Source: the human T2T-CHM13v2.0 reference genome, Homo sapiens. From it: 64,000 nt of DNA. A model generated the notes under the pieces. The model saw only the letters and a program-made list of their open reading frames with translations, was not told where the DNA came from and did no database searches. Positions 11,728 to 24,857 of this stretch are shown here, piece after piece; position 1 is the stretch's first letter, and every line of letters starts with the position of its first letter. Both the position numbers and the translations under genes were made by a program. The DNA lies in the NCBI RefSeq assembly GCF_009914755.1, contig NC_060925.1. One strand, given 5' to 3'.

Positions 11728-14700
11728 AATTTAGACTACACTAAATATTATATTGTTACATAAATCATGAGAAATTACTATGTAGTAGTCACGTTTTTGT
11801 AATCATTTGTATATCCTATATAATGAGTCTACCAGGCCCAGTTAAAATAGTCATATTTTACACTATATAGTCATAGTCATATTTTCCACATGTAGTCATA
11901 GAGATGCGAGGTAAGTGTAATTCTAAGGAAAAAAAAAACTCAGGCAATTAGAGCTATGAACCCTGGAGAGAAGCTTAAATATGTGTCATCTTATTTTTTT
12001 TTTTTTGAATAAGTTTGTAGGTAGAATTTTATAACTGTAAAACTTAAAACTATTTGCTTATTGTTTCTCACAAATTATAGATATTCATAAGTTATTTACG
12101 TAAGATAGCATAAGTTATTTTTGTAGGGATCTAGTTTTAGAAGGCTGAAATCCCCTCCCAGATTTATTATTAGCTATACCACTCCAGAGAAGAAAGCAGT
12201 GTGAAAGAGAAAATATGACAAACCAACTAGGGGTTTAGAGGACAGAGCAGGGAAGAAAGTGGATTACAACTTGGAGGTTGAGAAATTTTTTTCTTTTGAT
12301 TACCGTTTGGTATTTACTAGATATTTATCTCAAAAATTAACCTATAGAGATTTTTTTTCCACATAAGAATTTTCTCAATATAGAAAAATTCAAAAAGAAG
12401 AAGGTAAGCTTTAGTAAGCCTGCTTATATGTTTTTACATGGAATTTTCAGTCTATTAAGATTACAAAATAAGTCTAGAGGTTTCTTAAAACTGATGAGTT
12501 GTACCATTCAGTTCAGAAACTCCTGTTTTGTGCGATATTTGCTGCACATTGCTTTTCCTAAATAACTTCTTAAAAATTATGATTTTTTCTTTTTCTTTTC
12601 CTTTTTTAAAGAAAAACTCGTGTGTACAGATCCCAGTATAAATTAAGGATATGAAAAATGTTTTTGAGTTTGACAGTGGTATCAGCAGATCTTTTCTGAG
12701 GGAGGAAGTTCTATAATTTCCTTCTGTGACATTAAGTTCTAACCGTTAATGGATATTTGAGGATATACTCGAACTTAACTACTTAAAAACAAACTAATAA
12801 TTTTTACTCTATTGCTACTTTGAGTTTTATTGGATACTGTTTTTTAAGTTATTTATTTAGCAATGAGTCCAGGTTTTCTCTCTGAATATTTATGACTTTA
12901 TAGACTTTCAGAGACATTTTTCTAAGCTTTTATCTCTCCAGAGTAGTTCTCATGAAATTTTGTCCTATTTAAAATGAAATACACCTAATAATTTTAATTG
13001 TCTAAATGATTTCCTTTTTAGCTCTCTTGTGTTTATTAAATGTAGTTGAGTATATGAAGTTTTCTAGTTTATGAGTATATAATTGTATATGAGAATAAGA
13101 TATTTTTGTATGGAACATGTATTACTTTAAAACCTTACACAGAACATATGTCTAATATTTTTACAAAGAACTTGAGCTTTGTATATCCCCAAATCTAATT
13201 ATCAAATTTCCAATTGATAATTTAGTAAGACTAGATTAACAAATAGCTGAAACATTTGATATTTCAGCTATAATTATCTTAATGTTTTCTCTAAAATATT
13301 AATATAGAAATTAGATAATTTGCATCACTTAGAAATTTCACTGGTGAAAATTATTGAAAGATAAGTCAAATTCATATACTTCAAATATTTTGTTGCTTGT
13401 CCTATGTATAATTTCATTTAATAACATTTTTGAAAGACTGTGAATATCTTTCTTCAAACCTTTCTATTTCCTTACCAGGAGTTTTTTAATAGCAAAATAA
13501 ATTTTTTTGTTTCTCAAAAATACTGACAGTCTAAAGAATGTTAAGCTTAATTTGGAACGATAATGCATAAGCAGTGACCAACTCATCAGAGATAAGGGGT
13601 AGATATTTTTGTCAGATTATTTATTAAAATTCATTCATATTTTTAATGTGAATTTTTTATCTGACATCTCCCCAACACCTTCTCTTAAAACATGTGATTT
13701 AGAAAATAGGGAAAAGTAAAAATTTTACAGGCAGCTCACTAATTGAGATGAATGTGAAGATTAACTTTATAAAGCTCCGTTGCATTTTCTGGGTCACCGT
13801 GTGTGTGTATGTGTGTGGGTGTGTAGTTGGGATGCTAGATAGATGCCATGCCAGTTGCAGAATCCTATTGACCCACAGAATGTGGGAGATATATCCAAAT
13901 CCATATACATATCTATATCTGTACACACACACATATATATACATATATAAAGTATTGTTGTACAAGAGCACTATGGTTGGTCTCTTCAGAATCTGTGTCA
14001 TTTCATATTTTCAGAAAGAATACATTTTAATCAATTTTCTAAAAATTGAAGTTATGTTTTTAGTGTTGTTCAAGCATATGGATTTTAAAATAAAACCTGA
14101 AAAATGGAAGCTATATTTTTAAAGCAAAATTCAACCTATATACTTGTATATATTAGGAAATGTGTACGGGAAACTTGAATCTGGATAACTCACTATTTTG
14201 AAAATAATGTGTTTTAAATGTACATTTTAAAAGATTTTAAAATGAAAGTAAAAATGTTACCCTCATCTAACCATGGTATATTTAAATTCAAACAGTACTT
14301 TGAAGTATAAAAATGTAGGTAATAGTGTTTTCTTTAACACACTGGAAAGAACATTCTATTTTTTAATATTTCACGTAAGATTTCTTTTTAAATGTTTAAT
14401 CTTAGAGTTCATATTCAACTTTTCAAATATTAGTAATTTGAGAATAAAGAGCTATAGAAGTGAAATCCACTTACATAAAATTCACTTTAAAAGAAAATGC
14501 ATGATTACAGGTAGAATGTTTATTTTTAAGTTTTAGTTAAACATAGAAAATATCTGCCCATTATCATCAATGTATGCTTTTTTTTTTTTTTTTGCAAGTA
14601 ATTTACTTTCCCAAAATGTGCTTAAAATGGTTTTTCTGGCATAATTGTTTGGATTGTGAAATGTACGTGATTTATTTTAGTATTGTGAAAAAGAATAGGC

Positions 14701-14773
14701 TATTGCATCTTCTGTATTATGGTTTCCTGTGAATAATTTACCATTTCTTTCTGTTTTCCATTGAACTATTCAG

Positions 14774-14788
14774 TGGTCGGTGAAGATG
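14774..14788 (+). CDS. FNBP1L: FNBP1L 15-nt microexon (WSVKM)
   Basis: Pyrimidine tract …ttccattgaactattcag|TGGTCGGTGAAGATG|gtaagc; joins …KRG-WSVKM-GPALEDF as recalled for the 605-aa isoform. Confidence 0.88.
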
Positions 14789-15882
14789 GTAAGCCTTATG
14801 TGCTGATCTATATACTGTGCCAACATTAAGTAATCTCAAAACATTGTTTTGTTTAATTCAAAACAAGTGGTAAATTACATCCCACGTTTTCACCTTGTGT
14901 GTTTTTTCTTTTTATAGTTTCATAGTCCAGCATATGCCAGTACTCTTGATGTCATAAGATTAGAAAATGTGGTTAATTGTCATCAACCCATTAAGTTCTT
15001 AAATGTCATTGAATGGAGTCCTTGTCATGTTACAGAGGAGCGTAAAATTGTGGTTAAACATTTTTTAAAGATTACATGGTAGAGCCACAGTTTGTTATGC
15101 AGAAGGAAAATTTAGCAAATATTATTTTGCTTAATAGCCTTTAAAAAATCGTATAAATTTGATTTGTAGTTTTATCCCCAGAGTCATTAGATTTTTCCAA
15201 AAAAAGAAAGAAAAATTTCAAACTAGTATCATTATGGAGTTAGTCCTTGGTTCTTCTGTGCTATTGAAGGAGAATAGAAACACAAATGATCTAAATATCC
15301 TGTGTGTGTTTGTGTGGGGGGTGGGGCGGGGCGGGGAAGGTGTGTGTGTGTTTGGGATGTTCCTTGGTATGTTTATTTCAAACAAATTAATGGATCTACA
15401 TTAGGAACTAACCCCAAAATTATTGTATAGGAAGCTACTGGAAAATAGACCACTCTTTTTTACATTGTTGGAATCAGCCTTTTATAAATTCCTTTGTAGT
15501 AAGAGAGGTTGTTAAATGCCCCAGAGGTCTTCTGAACATCCATAGGAAATAAAGTTAAGTTTAATTCTCATATTCTATGTAAGAATAGAGTTCCAATGTC
15601 AAATGGGATATTAGAAATGTAAGTGCCTCAGTGTTTACTGTTCATAAATTTGAGAACAGGGTTTGATAAGGGATAAGTGGAATTCTGGCAGATTTACTTG
15701 TAGGTTATTGTGAGTTTATCATAATTTTGACAACAAAAAAAAACTCCACAGTATGTTGAAATGCATTTCTTCATTTTATTCAATAATTTTTCAAGATTTT
15801 TAGAAATATTTTTAAAAATCTAAATTAAGAAGTTTATTTTTGGCATATATATATACTAGTTTTCAAAACTTGTACTCCTTTT

Positions 15883-16026
15883 CTGTAATCCCAGCTATTT
15901 GGGAGGCTAAGGCGGGAGGATTGGTTGAGCCCAGGAGTTCGAGGCTATAGTGAGCCATGAGAGCTATGATCACTCAACTGCATTCCATTGTGGGCAACAG
16001 AATGAGACCCTATCTCTACAAAAAAC
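15883..16026 (+). mobile_element. FRAM / AluJ right monomer
   Basis: ctgtaatcccagctatttgggaggctaaggcgggaggatt…gagaccctatctctacaaaaaa. Confidence 0.75.
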
Positions 16027-16385
16027 CTTCAACTCCAAAGTAGATTAAATATGACAAATTTATGTTGCAAATTAACCAGTAAATCTAAAGGAACTCCACA
16101 AAGGAAATTTCACCATTGATTTATTTAGGCCAGATTGGGTTGATTGATATCCTTGTTTCTGGTGATTGGTAAATGAAAAAAAAAAAAAAAAAAAAAAAAG
16201 CAACACTTAGGATGCCCTACTTTTTTCTAGCAAGCTTGTTGAATATCCATAATCTACAGGCCACTGGGGAAAGAGGCTAGGGATTCTGTTATTAATTAAA
16301 TGTTACATTTAATTATAGCTCATCCTAGGAGTGAGTTTTCTCTTTTCTGAAAGTAAGTGACTCATTCTTACACATGGTGAAATAA

Positions 16386-16826
<441 letters not shown>

Positions 16827-17839
16827 TTATTCTTAGAATAACCATTTTGAAAAGAAAATGAATAGTGACAGGCATCATCAATTTCTGGAGTATATATAAA
16901 GATTTAAGTAATATAGGTTTATATTAAATAGATTCAATAGCGGCTAATATTGGTTCTGTTGTAATCTGTAATATAAGTAACAGTGATTAAAATAACATTT
17001 AAGGGAAAAGGTGTCATTTGGATCAGATGTTTACGTTTAAATACTAGTACTTTTTCTTAAATTGCATAGTTTTTTGAATATCAAAACTTTAAAAAATTTT
17101 CAGACATCAAGGATCTTTCCTAAAGAAGGATTTTATCCTTCTTTCAGTAACAACTGAGGTATGTTATTTGGTTTACAAAAGGTTAATTGAAAATATACAC
17201 TTGTTTGAATATAATTTCTGCTCAGTGGATAGTTCTATCTTTGGTTTTTAATGACCAGGTATGTTTTGAATGGTTTAATCAGTTGTTCAAAGACTATATG
17301 TAGTGTTAAAGTATATTTCATTAGATTGTCTTTGTGAGGTAAGTTTCTTAATTATATTCATATTTTCAGTTTGAACATTTGTAACATTCTGAATGTCATG
17401 GCAATGGGTTTTATTTGGAAATGTTGTGATATGTTATATATAAAACAATACCCTGTATAGACAAGAATGTTACGTGTTTCCATTTTGTTGTTGTTGCTGT
17501 AAGAAGGTTTACATGTATTCATTATAACTCTGCCAAGATTTGAAAGTAATGTGATACTACCTACCAGTTATCTGTATCTGGGTATGATTTTACTTATTCT
17601 GTTTCATGGTTTTATAAAATGACTGAAATTTGAGCTCTTTTCTTCAGTACATTGTTTTCATTAACATATACGCATAAACACACACATCTGTGTAGATTTC
17701 TTTTTTTTTTAAGGGGTTGCTTGAGGCAAATTTGAAATTAAACTTAAGATTGGTATGTATTCTTATTTTATAGCAGGTATATTTTAAAAATAAAATTTCC
17801 CGAAAATGTCTATTATAATGATTTAGATTCTCTTTTCAG

Positions 17840-17949
17840 GGCCCAGCACTAGAAGATTTCAGTCATCTGCCACCAGAACAGAGACGTAAAAAACTACAGC
17901 AGCGCATTGATGAACTTAACAGAGAACTACAGAAAGAATCAGACCAAAA
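17840..17949 (+). CDS. FNBP1L: FNBP1L coding exon, HR1 start ([26 protein letters not shown]…SDQK)
   Basis: ttttcag|; donor AA|gtatta (weak); 110 nt, phase 0-2; frame joins the next exon as AAA GAT GCA. Confidence 0.94.
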
Positions 17950-18600
17950 GTATTATTCCTTTAAGTTTTCTCTATCATTATTATTTTAGGATCTACTTTG
18001 AGTGACGCCCTTAAATGTGATATACAGAAGGTTTAAAAATCATATATCCTAATTGAAATATCTTTTGAGAGAGAATTATACTCCTACCCTGGAAATTTTT
18101 ATGGTTACCCTGTCATAGGTTAGAGAATTTCCTTGGTTGCAGATTTTTATTGAATGCTAATATGCCTTCATTAATTTGCAAAAAATTTCTTGATATTTTA
18201 TTATCAAGAGTAGTTTCATCAGCACTACCTCTTATACTTTGATATATTTTCATTTTGCTTTTATATATAAATTGATTTCATTAGCAACCTGAGGCTATTT
18301 TGTAGCAAAACATTTGGCAAACGGTGCTTGATTACTGACGGCTTCATATTTGTTCACACATAAGTTTACTTTTTTATTTCATTTTTATAAGACGTTTCCT
18401 CTAGTTTAATTTTTTAAAAATAGACATAGAAGAATTATTCACGATCATTAAAGTGTTATTACAATGAATTGGTGACTTGCTATGTCTTCACTTACGATAA
18501 AATTGGGGCTTAAATTGTAGCATGAGAGATTGAAGTTTTGATGCTAAGAATTAGTGTATCAGGTGTGATGTGGCGCTTAATCATAATGAAATATTTGCAC

Positions 18601-19135
18601 TACCTTTGATTCTCATTCACAGTAGCTGTGTTCTGTAAAGTCACTGTGAACACTAAATTATGGAATACTGAAACATTGCTCTTAGGGAGATACAGGGTTA
18701 GGTTCTAGGTAGCCACTGGTCACAATGTTTCAGTCAGCTGATTGGCACATAACCTTTTTTTATTTGTGTTTCTGTGTAAAAACACCTTATTTCATATATG
18801 ATGTTGATTTATTAACTTTGATTTTTTTCTAATAGCACTGTAACTCATGCTTGAACAAAGCTTATCTAAGATTAGAATTTTCTCTGTAAGGTACAGCCTT
18901 CTTGTGCTTCAGAACACTAGACAGCACTTGATTGCCATGCTTAGGGGCTATTTTAAACACCAATATCAACAAAAAGCATAAAAATATGAGAAACATTGCA
19001 CTAAATGAGTAGATTGCAAAAAGGATACATGTCCAGAATATGAGAATACGAGCAAGAAGGCCAGAGTGTCACTGGTTTGACCACAGTTTAGAACTTGAAT
19101 GTACCTCTGGTGACTCAAATTTTCCCAGATATCTC
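18601..19135 (+). mobile_element. MER82-like DNA transposon (TcMar-Tigger)
   Basis: gattctcattcacagtagctgtgttctgtaaagtcactgtgaacactaaatta…cagggttaggttc… matches the recalled MER82 consensus. Confidence 0.7.
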
Positions 19136-19149
19136 CATGTCCAAAACAA

Positions 19150-20250
19150 GAGTAAAGGCACAGAAATGTGAATGTTCTTGCCATGGACTGGAATTAGTGC
19201 TAATCCAGAGAGACTTGGTTAAAAATTATGTGGAACATAATAATAGAAGTTGAGGATGAAGAAGTATAGGACTTGTGAAAAATTCTGAATGCTTTTCTGT
19301 GAAGTTCTGTAGGTACTACAGTCCCCAGTTATTGAGAGAAGGGGTAACATTATTAGCTCTGTGTGATAAAAGATAATTGAAAACTGTATGAAGAGTAAAT
19401 AGTATAGGAAAGAGATTGGAGGTAGAAGCCTTTAACAATCCAGGTGAGAGATACTGAGGGCCTAAATTAAGGCATGACCATGGGAATAGAAAGGAGGAAT
19501 AGATAAAAGAATCATTTCAAAGCCAAAGTAGGTTGTACTTTCACCTGATTGGATGCTGGAGAAGAGAAAACATGGAGGAAGCTTAAAAAAAAAAAAAGAT
19601 TTGTAGCTATAGATTTAATTGCAACAATAAGAAAAAAGTTTAGGGCAAAGATAAAGATTTTGTTTATGTTGATTTTTGAAATGTGAAAAATCCATATTAG
19701 AAGTGTCCAGTTGGGTTTAAAGATATGAATCTAGAATTCAGGAGAGAGAGGTCTGGAGATATGCATTTGAAAATCATCTGAAGATGGATGATATTAAAAC
19801 AATTAAGAGATCATCCTCCAACAAGACTGTAGGAAGAGACGAGAAGAAACCTTTGTCATTTTATGTAATACACATTTAAAGGTTGAACAAAGAAGGAGAA
19901 AGAAGGCAGTGAGGGAGATTGTGAGAAAGCAGAGGTGAGGAGGAGGGAAAAGAAAATGTAACCTATAGGAAGTCATGAAGGAAAAGAGTATTAAGGAGTG
20001 TTAGTCAATAGTGTCAGATGTTAGAGTCAAGGACAGCTAATTGAGGCACAACCGATTGTAATATGATTAGAGAATAGGAGGTAGGTTGAGAGGAATTGGC
20101 AAATGACTGACTTTGGGTGGGGGCAAGTTAAAGCTGCCATTCCTATTTCTAGCAGAGGTGAGTGGGAGGACAATGATGATGTATGAGCTAAGGAACACTG
20201 TGGAATAGTGTGGCTGAGTTGGAATATAATGAGTTTGATTTGGGACATGA
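19150..20250 (-). mobile_element. L2 relic
   Basis: Purine-rich decayed sequence (ccaggtgagagatactgagggcctaaattaagg…, gaattcaggagagagaggtctggagatatgcatttg) typical of antisense L2. Confidence 0.55.
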
Positions 20251-20573
20251 TGAGCTGAAGAATATTCTTCCAGCCCTTGATTTTGTGTGTGTGTGTATAT
20301 GTACATATAAATAAAATTCCTTGTTTAGAAAGCAGGAAGTAAGAAATGAACTCTGTTCTCTTTTGGTATTCTGATTGTCTTCATAAATTAGTAACTCTAT
20401 ATGTTATCACCTTTATGCAAATTGTCTTTAATCAGGTCATGTTAGACAAACTTAAAAAGATATGACTCTACTTAAGATTAAGCTGCGTACGAGTCCCCAG
20501 AGTCCAATAAAACTCTTTTATCTGGAAGCATATGAAGTTAATATTTAATTCTGGGGTTCCTTCTCTTTTTTAG

Positions 20574-20706
20574 AGATGCACTCAACAAAATGAAAGATGT
20601 ATATGAGAAGAATCCACAAATGGGGGATCCAGGGAGTTTGCAGCCTAAATTAGCAGAGACCATGAATAACATTGACCGCCTACGAATGGAAATCCATAAG
20701 AATGAG
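20574..20706 (+). CDS. FNBP1L: FNBP1L coding exon, HR1 ([22 protein letters not shown]…IHKNE)
   Basis: ttttag| and |gtagat; 133 nt, phase 2-0. Confidence 0.96.
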
Positions 20707-21078
20707 GTAGATTTGTTATTCAGCACTTGTCAAGATAAATTATTTTTATAAACTTCATTATGATAGATTGGTTTTTGTTAGAATTATCTTCAAATGTTTA
20801 TATTTAATGTTAGGGTTTATGATCTAAAAGTATTATTGTGATGTGTGTTATTTAATCTCATTAAAGTTTTTTATTTAGACCTTTATATAAGATTAAACAT
20901 TTATACTATTTTTTTGAATCAGCTATAAAGTTGATCCTTTGACCAGTTTGGAATAAAGGTTTCACATCTCTAAGAATTACATAATTATAAAAACTTAAAC
21001 ACATTTTAAATGTAGATATCTTATGAGCTTTTAAACATATTTATTGAGCTCAGTTGTTTGCTTATTTTTTTTCCTAAG

Positions 21079-21173
21079 GCTTGGCTCTCTGAAGTCGAAG
21101 GCAAAACAGGTGGGAGAGGAGACAGAAGACATAGCAGTGACATAAATCATCTTGTAACACAGGGACGAGAAAG
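21079..21173 (+). CDS. FNBP1L: FNBP1L coding exon (AWLSEVEGKTGGRGDRRHSSD…QGRES)
   Basis: ttcctaag| (AAG acceptor) and |gtgatt; 95 nt, phase 0-2. Confidence 0.94.
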
Positions 21174-22239
21174 GTGATTTTTTGTATTTTATTTGTATTT
21201 CTTCTCCCCAGAGTTTTCTCACCCTTTTGTCCTAAACTTTATACAATTCGTTTTTTTCTTCCAAATTTAACAAGTTAAGCTTTTAGTAACCTCAGTCTTT
21301 TGAACCTAAGTAATTTTCTTTAGTGATAATTACAGGTGAAGTAGGAAAGTTCATCTTGCTATTCAATCCTAGTTTGTCATGCATCCAAACACAGAGCTAG
21401 GAACATAGAAAATTCTTGGAGCTACAGTCTGAGGGCCTAGGCTCCTCGGGCATGGGAAGGTTTCCTAAGGTTCAAGTGGAATTAGGGTCGCTTATGCCAA
21501 AGAAAAATTTTACTATCAAATAGCTCAGAGTTTTGTGAAGAAAAAAAAATGTATTGTTAGTTTGGACCAGAGCTTCCAAAAGACACTTTGCTAAGTTTCT
21601 GTACCACTTGTGACATTTCTTTCTTGATGTATTATATCTTTTTTTCCAGACTAAAAGTCCACAAATTAGGATTCACCTTAGAGAAAAATGTGAGAGGCCT
21701 AGTAACAACTCTTAGTTTTCTACTTAATTACAGTGTAATCTGAGCAAGTTCATTTTTAATGCTCCCTAAGTCTCAATTTCCTGAAATATAAAATGGAGGT
21801 TAAAATATCCACCCTTTAGGTTTGTTAGTAAAAAAGTAAATAATACACATAAAGCACCTAGTAGTAAATAGTGGTAATAGTAGTATCACTTCTTGAAAGA
21901 GTACATATCTTTAATCTGTTAAGAGATACCCACAAATTACTGGTTTTTGTTATTAGGTAAAACTCAGATTAAAAGGATCTAATTTCTTTGGCATGTGTTA
22001 TTTCTCTGGCTTCCAGGCTTACTGAAAGTACTGTTAAAATCTAATTCTGTAAAATTTTCCATTATTAAATCTAATTCAGTCATTTGATTCTTCAGCAAAA
22101 TTATTAACATTTTTCTCTGATTTAAAAAATTTTAAGAAAAATAAATTGTGTTTGTATTACCTGCTTTTTTGGATTTTTTTAAGTTACCAACTTCCCTGTT
22201 ACCATGATTAGTTGGAAATTTACTTTACTTTTTATTTTA

Positions 22240-22705
22240 GTTGAGAATCTTTTAATTTTCAGTGACAGAATGAATACTTTACCCATGCTGGCTTAAACTA
22301 AAAATGGACTTCATTGGCTGACTTCAGGGAGAGCTTGATCTAGGAGCTCAGATGTTATCCCTAGGACTCAATTTCTCTCCACCTCACAGCTGTGCTTTCT
22401 ACTGTGTTGGCTTCCTTTTAAGGCTCCAAAGCTCTAGGCGAGTATTCCTGCAGGTTTCGAGTCCAGTAGAAAAGGGACAGAGTGAATTCTCTTCGAAGAG
22501 TCCCAAGCAAAAGTTTCTGTGCATTTCTTAAATCTGATTAGGTTACAGGACTTCTTGTGAACTGGTTATATAGATGATTGCTCTGATGGGCCACTCCAGA
22601 TTCAGAATAGAAACAATCCACCTGAAGCGTGTGAACTAAACATGGATATGCATGGATCCCTTAAGGAATTTTAGGATGATAAATTTGGGATGATGGAAGA
22701 CAAGG
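22240..22705 (-). mobile_element. MaLR LTR relic (MLT1J/K-like)
   Basis: cagtgacagaa…actttacccatgctggcttaaac…cagggagagcttgatctaggagctcagatg resembles an MLT1 LTR. Confidence 0.5.
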
Positions 22706-23009
22706 GTCTAGAACGTTTTTCTGTTTTATGTCTAGACCCAGTGATAGTGAGGTGTATTTACTGAATAATACTTTGTGCCTAGAATATTGTAATCTTGTAA
22801 TTTTTTTTTAATTCAGGAAATTCAGCAAAGCAGCATTTTGTATTAGAAGTAATTTGTATACTTGACATTTGAAAAAAATAGGGCTTAAGTGGAAACTGTG
22901 TCATTAATATTTAATTTTTGGAATTGATCCTGAGGTGATCAATTTATAAATAATATATAGAATTCTCATGTTTATGATACTTGATCAGAGATAATTTTTT
23001 GTTTTATAG

Positions 23010-23158
23010 TCCTGAGGGAAGTTACACTGATGATGCAAACCAGGAAGTCCGTGGGCCACCCCAGCAGCATGGTCACCACAATGAGTTTGATGATGAATTT
23101 GAGGATGATGATCCCTTGCCTGCTATTGGACACTGCAAAGCTATCTACCCTTTTGATG
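23010..23158 (+). CDS. FNBP1L: FNBP1L coding exon ([11 protein letters not shown]…[26 protein letters not shown]), acidic motif and SH3 start
   Basis: ttatag| and |gtatga; 149 nt, phase 2-1. Confidence 0.96.
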
Positions 23159-23932
23159 GTATGATTTTCTTAATAATATTGTATGTAAAAAAATTGGTTC
23201 TTTAAAAGTATTTACATCAAGTCACTCACTGTAGTATCCTTATTTAAGTAATATATGTTGTCAGAAAATTATTATCCCATTTCTTTAGTATGCATACTTT
23301 TGTTATAACTGTATTACAAATGTAGATATTTTTCTTCCGTACATGGAATTAAAAGGAAATTGCCCACGTTACTAGCATCCTAATACAGATTATTAATTAA
23401 TTATCAATTTTGGTCAGTGCAGAATTTTCACCAGAGTCCTTACTGTGCACATGTCCTAAACAAAGTCGAGGCAGCTTGAACATGTAGCTCAACCCAGGAA
23501 GCGGGATGCTGGCGGATGCCACTTCATGCTCTTCCTTGTAGCTTACTAACATTAAGAGACAGGTACAAGGCATAGCTAGCTGAATGCCATCATCATATAC
23601 TGAGTCCGTAGGCCACCTGTTTAGATGAAAGTGGGAGAGAATGTAGTAGCTACTGACTATGTTATCTCTTACTCTATGAAAGTTGAAGAACAAACTCTGG
23701 AAGGGAAGTAAGGCACTGAGGCCTTCTCCTGCAGATTTTTAGTTCCTCTTTATCCTGGACTGTGAAAAATACTTTCCCTCAACTAACAGGAGAACTGAGC
23801 GACACTTTCATAAATAAACGGTTGTAAAATGGTGCTTGATTTAAGGTCTTTCTCCCCACTTCGTGTTGGTTTAAAATTGAGCAAAGTCTCTAGTTACTTC
23901 TTATTAGAAAATATATTAAATTTAAGACCTTG

Positions 23933-24068
23933 CAGCCAAGTGCAGTGATGTGTGCCTATAGTCCCAGACACTTGGGAGGCTGCGGTGAGAGGATTGCTTG
24001 AGCCCAGGAGTTCGAATCCAACCTGGGCAGTAAGACCCTATCTCTAAAACAAAACAAAAGAAAACAAA
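23933..24068 (+). mobile_element. FLAM monomer
   Basis: gccaagtgcagtgatgtgtgcctatagtcccag…gaccctatctct followed by an A-rich tail. Confidence 0.75.
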
Positions 24069-24678
24069 CTTGCTATAATGTAATCTAGAGAGTAGGGAAG
24101 CAATTTGGCACGTGTTAAATGAAGATTCAGTTGTGAAAATTGTTACTGCTAAGCAGGTTGGGCGTGGTTGGGGATAGAGAGTGAAAGAGTTGTGTATGGC
24201 CATTCTGTTTCTACCATCTCTAGAGTCAAACCCGTATTTTTCTCTGTTCTCCCTTCAGACTCTCTTTTTTCCTTCTTTCTTCCTGCTCTTTTGCTATCTG
24301 GTTACTGTTTTCCTAATCCATACCTGCTGAATTTTTTTAGATAGACTACTAAAATTTGGGAAAAGAGTTGGAATAGTGACATAGGAATTAGAATACCCTG
24401 TCAAATCATGTAATGTCACTGTGACTCAGTTAACTTCATCCGTTACATGGGGGTGATGTTATCCAGCCCTGCGGGCTTATTATGCAGCTCAAATGAGAGA
24501 ATGTATATGAAAGTGCTGGGTAAGCCACAAAGCACAATAGAGATGTTGCTAGTGAGAGTCAGTAGTTCCAGGTACATTGAAATCTAGTAGGGTTTCATTG
24601 TATTTTGTGCATTGTATTAGTAACTTTAAAAAAAATTATCACAATGCTTAAATTATGCTTGTGAAAACTCTCATCTAG

Positions 24679-24857
24679 GACATAATGAAGGTACTCTAGC
24701 AATGAAAGAAGGTGAAGTTCTCTACATTATAGAGGAGGACAAAGGTGACGGATGGACAAGAGCTCGGAGACAGAACGGTGAAGAAGGCTACGTTCCCACG
24801 TCATACATAGATGTAACTCTAGAGAAAAACAGTAAAGGTGCAGTAACTTATATCTAA
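24679..24857 (+). CDS. FNBP1L: FNBP1L SH3 exon ([12 protein letters not shown]…[29 protein letters not shown]); internal donor after 24837; read-through gives GAVTYI-stop
   Basis: catctag| acceptor; SH3 motifs GW and GYVPTSYI; TAA at 24855-24857; donor AAG|gtgcag. Confidence 0.96.

Noticed and set aside
13243-13271. 10-bp hairpin atagctgaaa/tttcagctat
   Set aside because: Too short for a pre-miRNA, and plausible by chance in AT-rich DNA
23455-23640. GC-richer patch with ETS-like CAGGAAG, TACTAAC and CAG|GTACAA in an FNBP1L intron
   Set aside because: No polypyrimidine acceptor or recognisable RNA gene; insufficient to call an exon or enhancer
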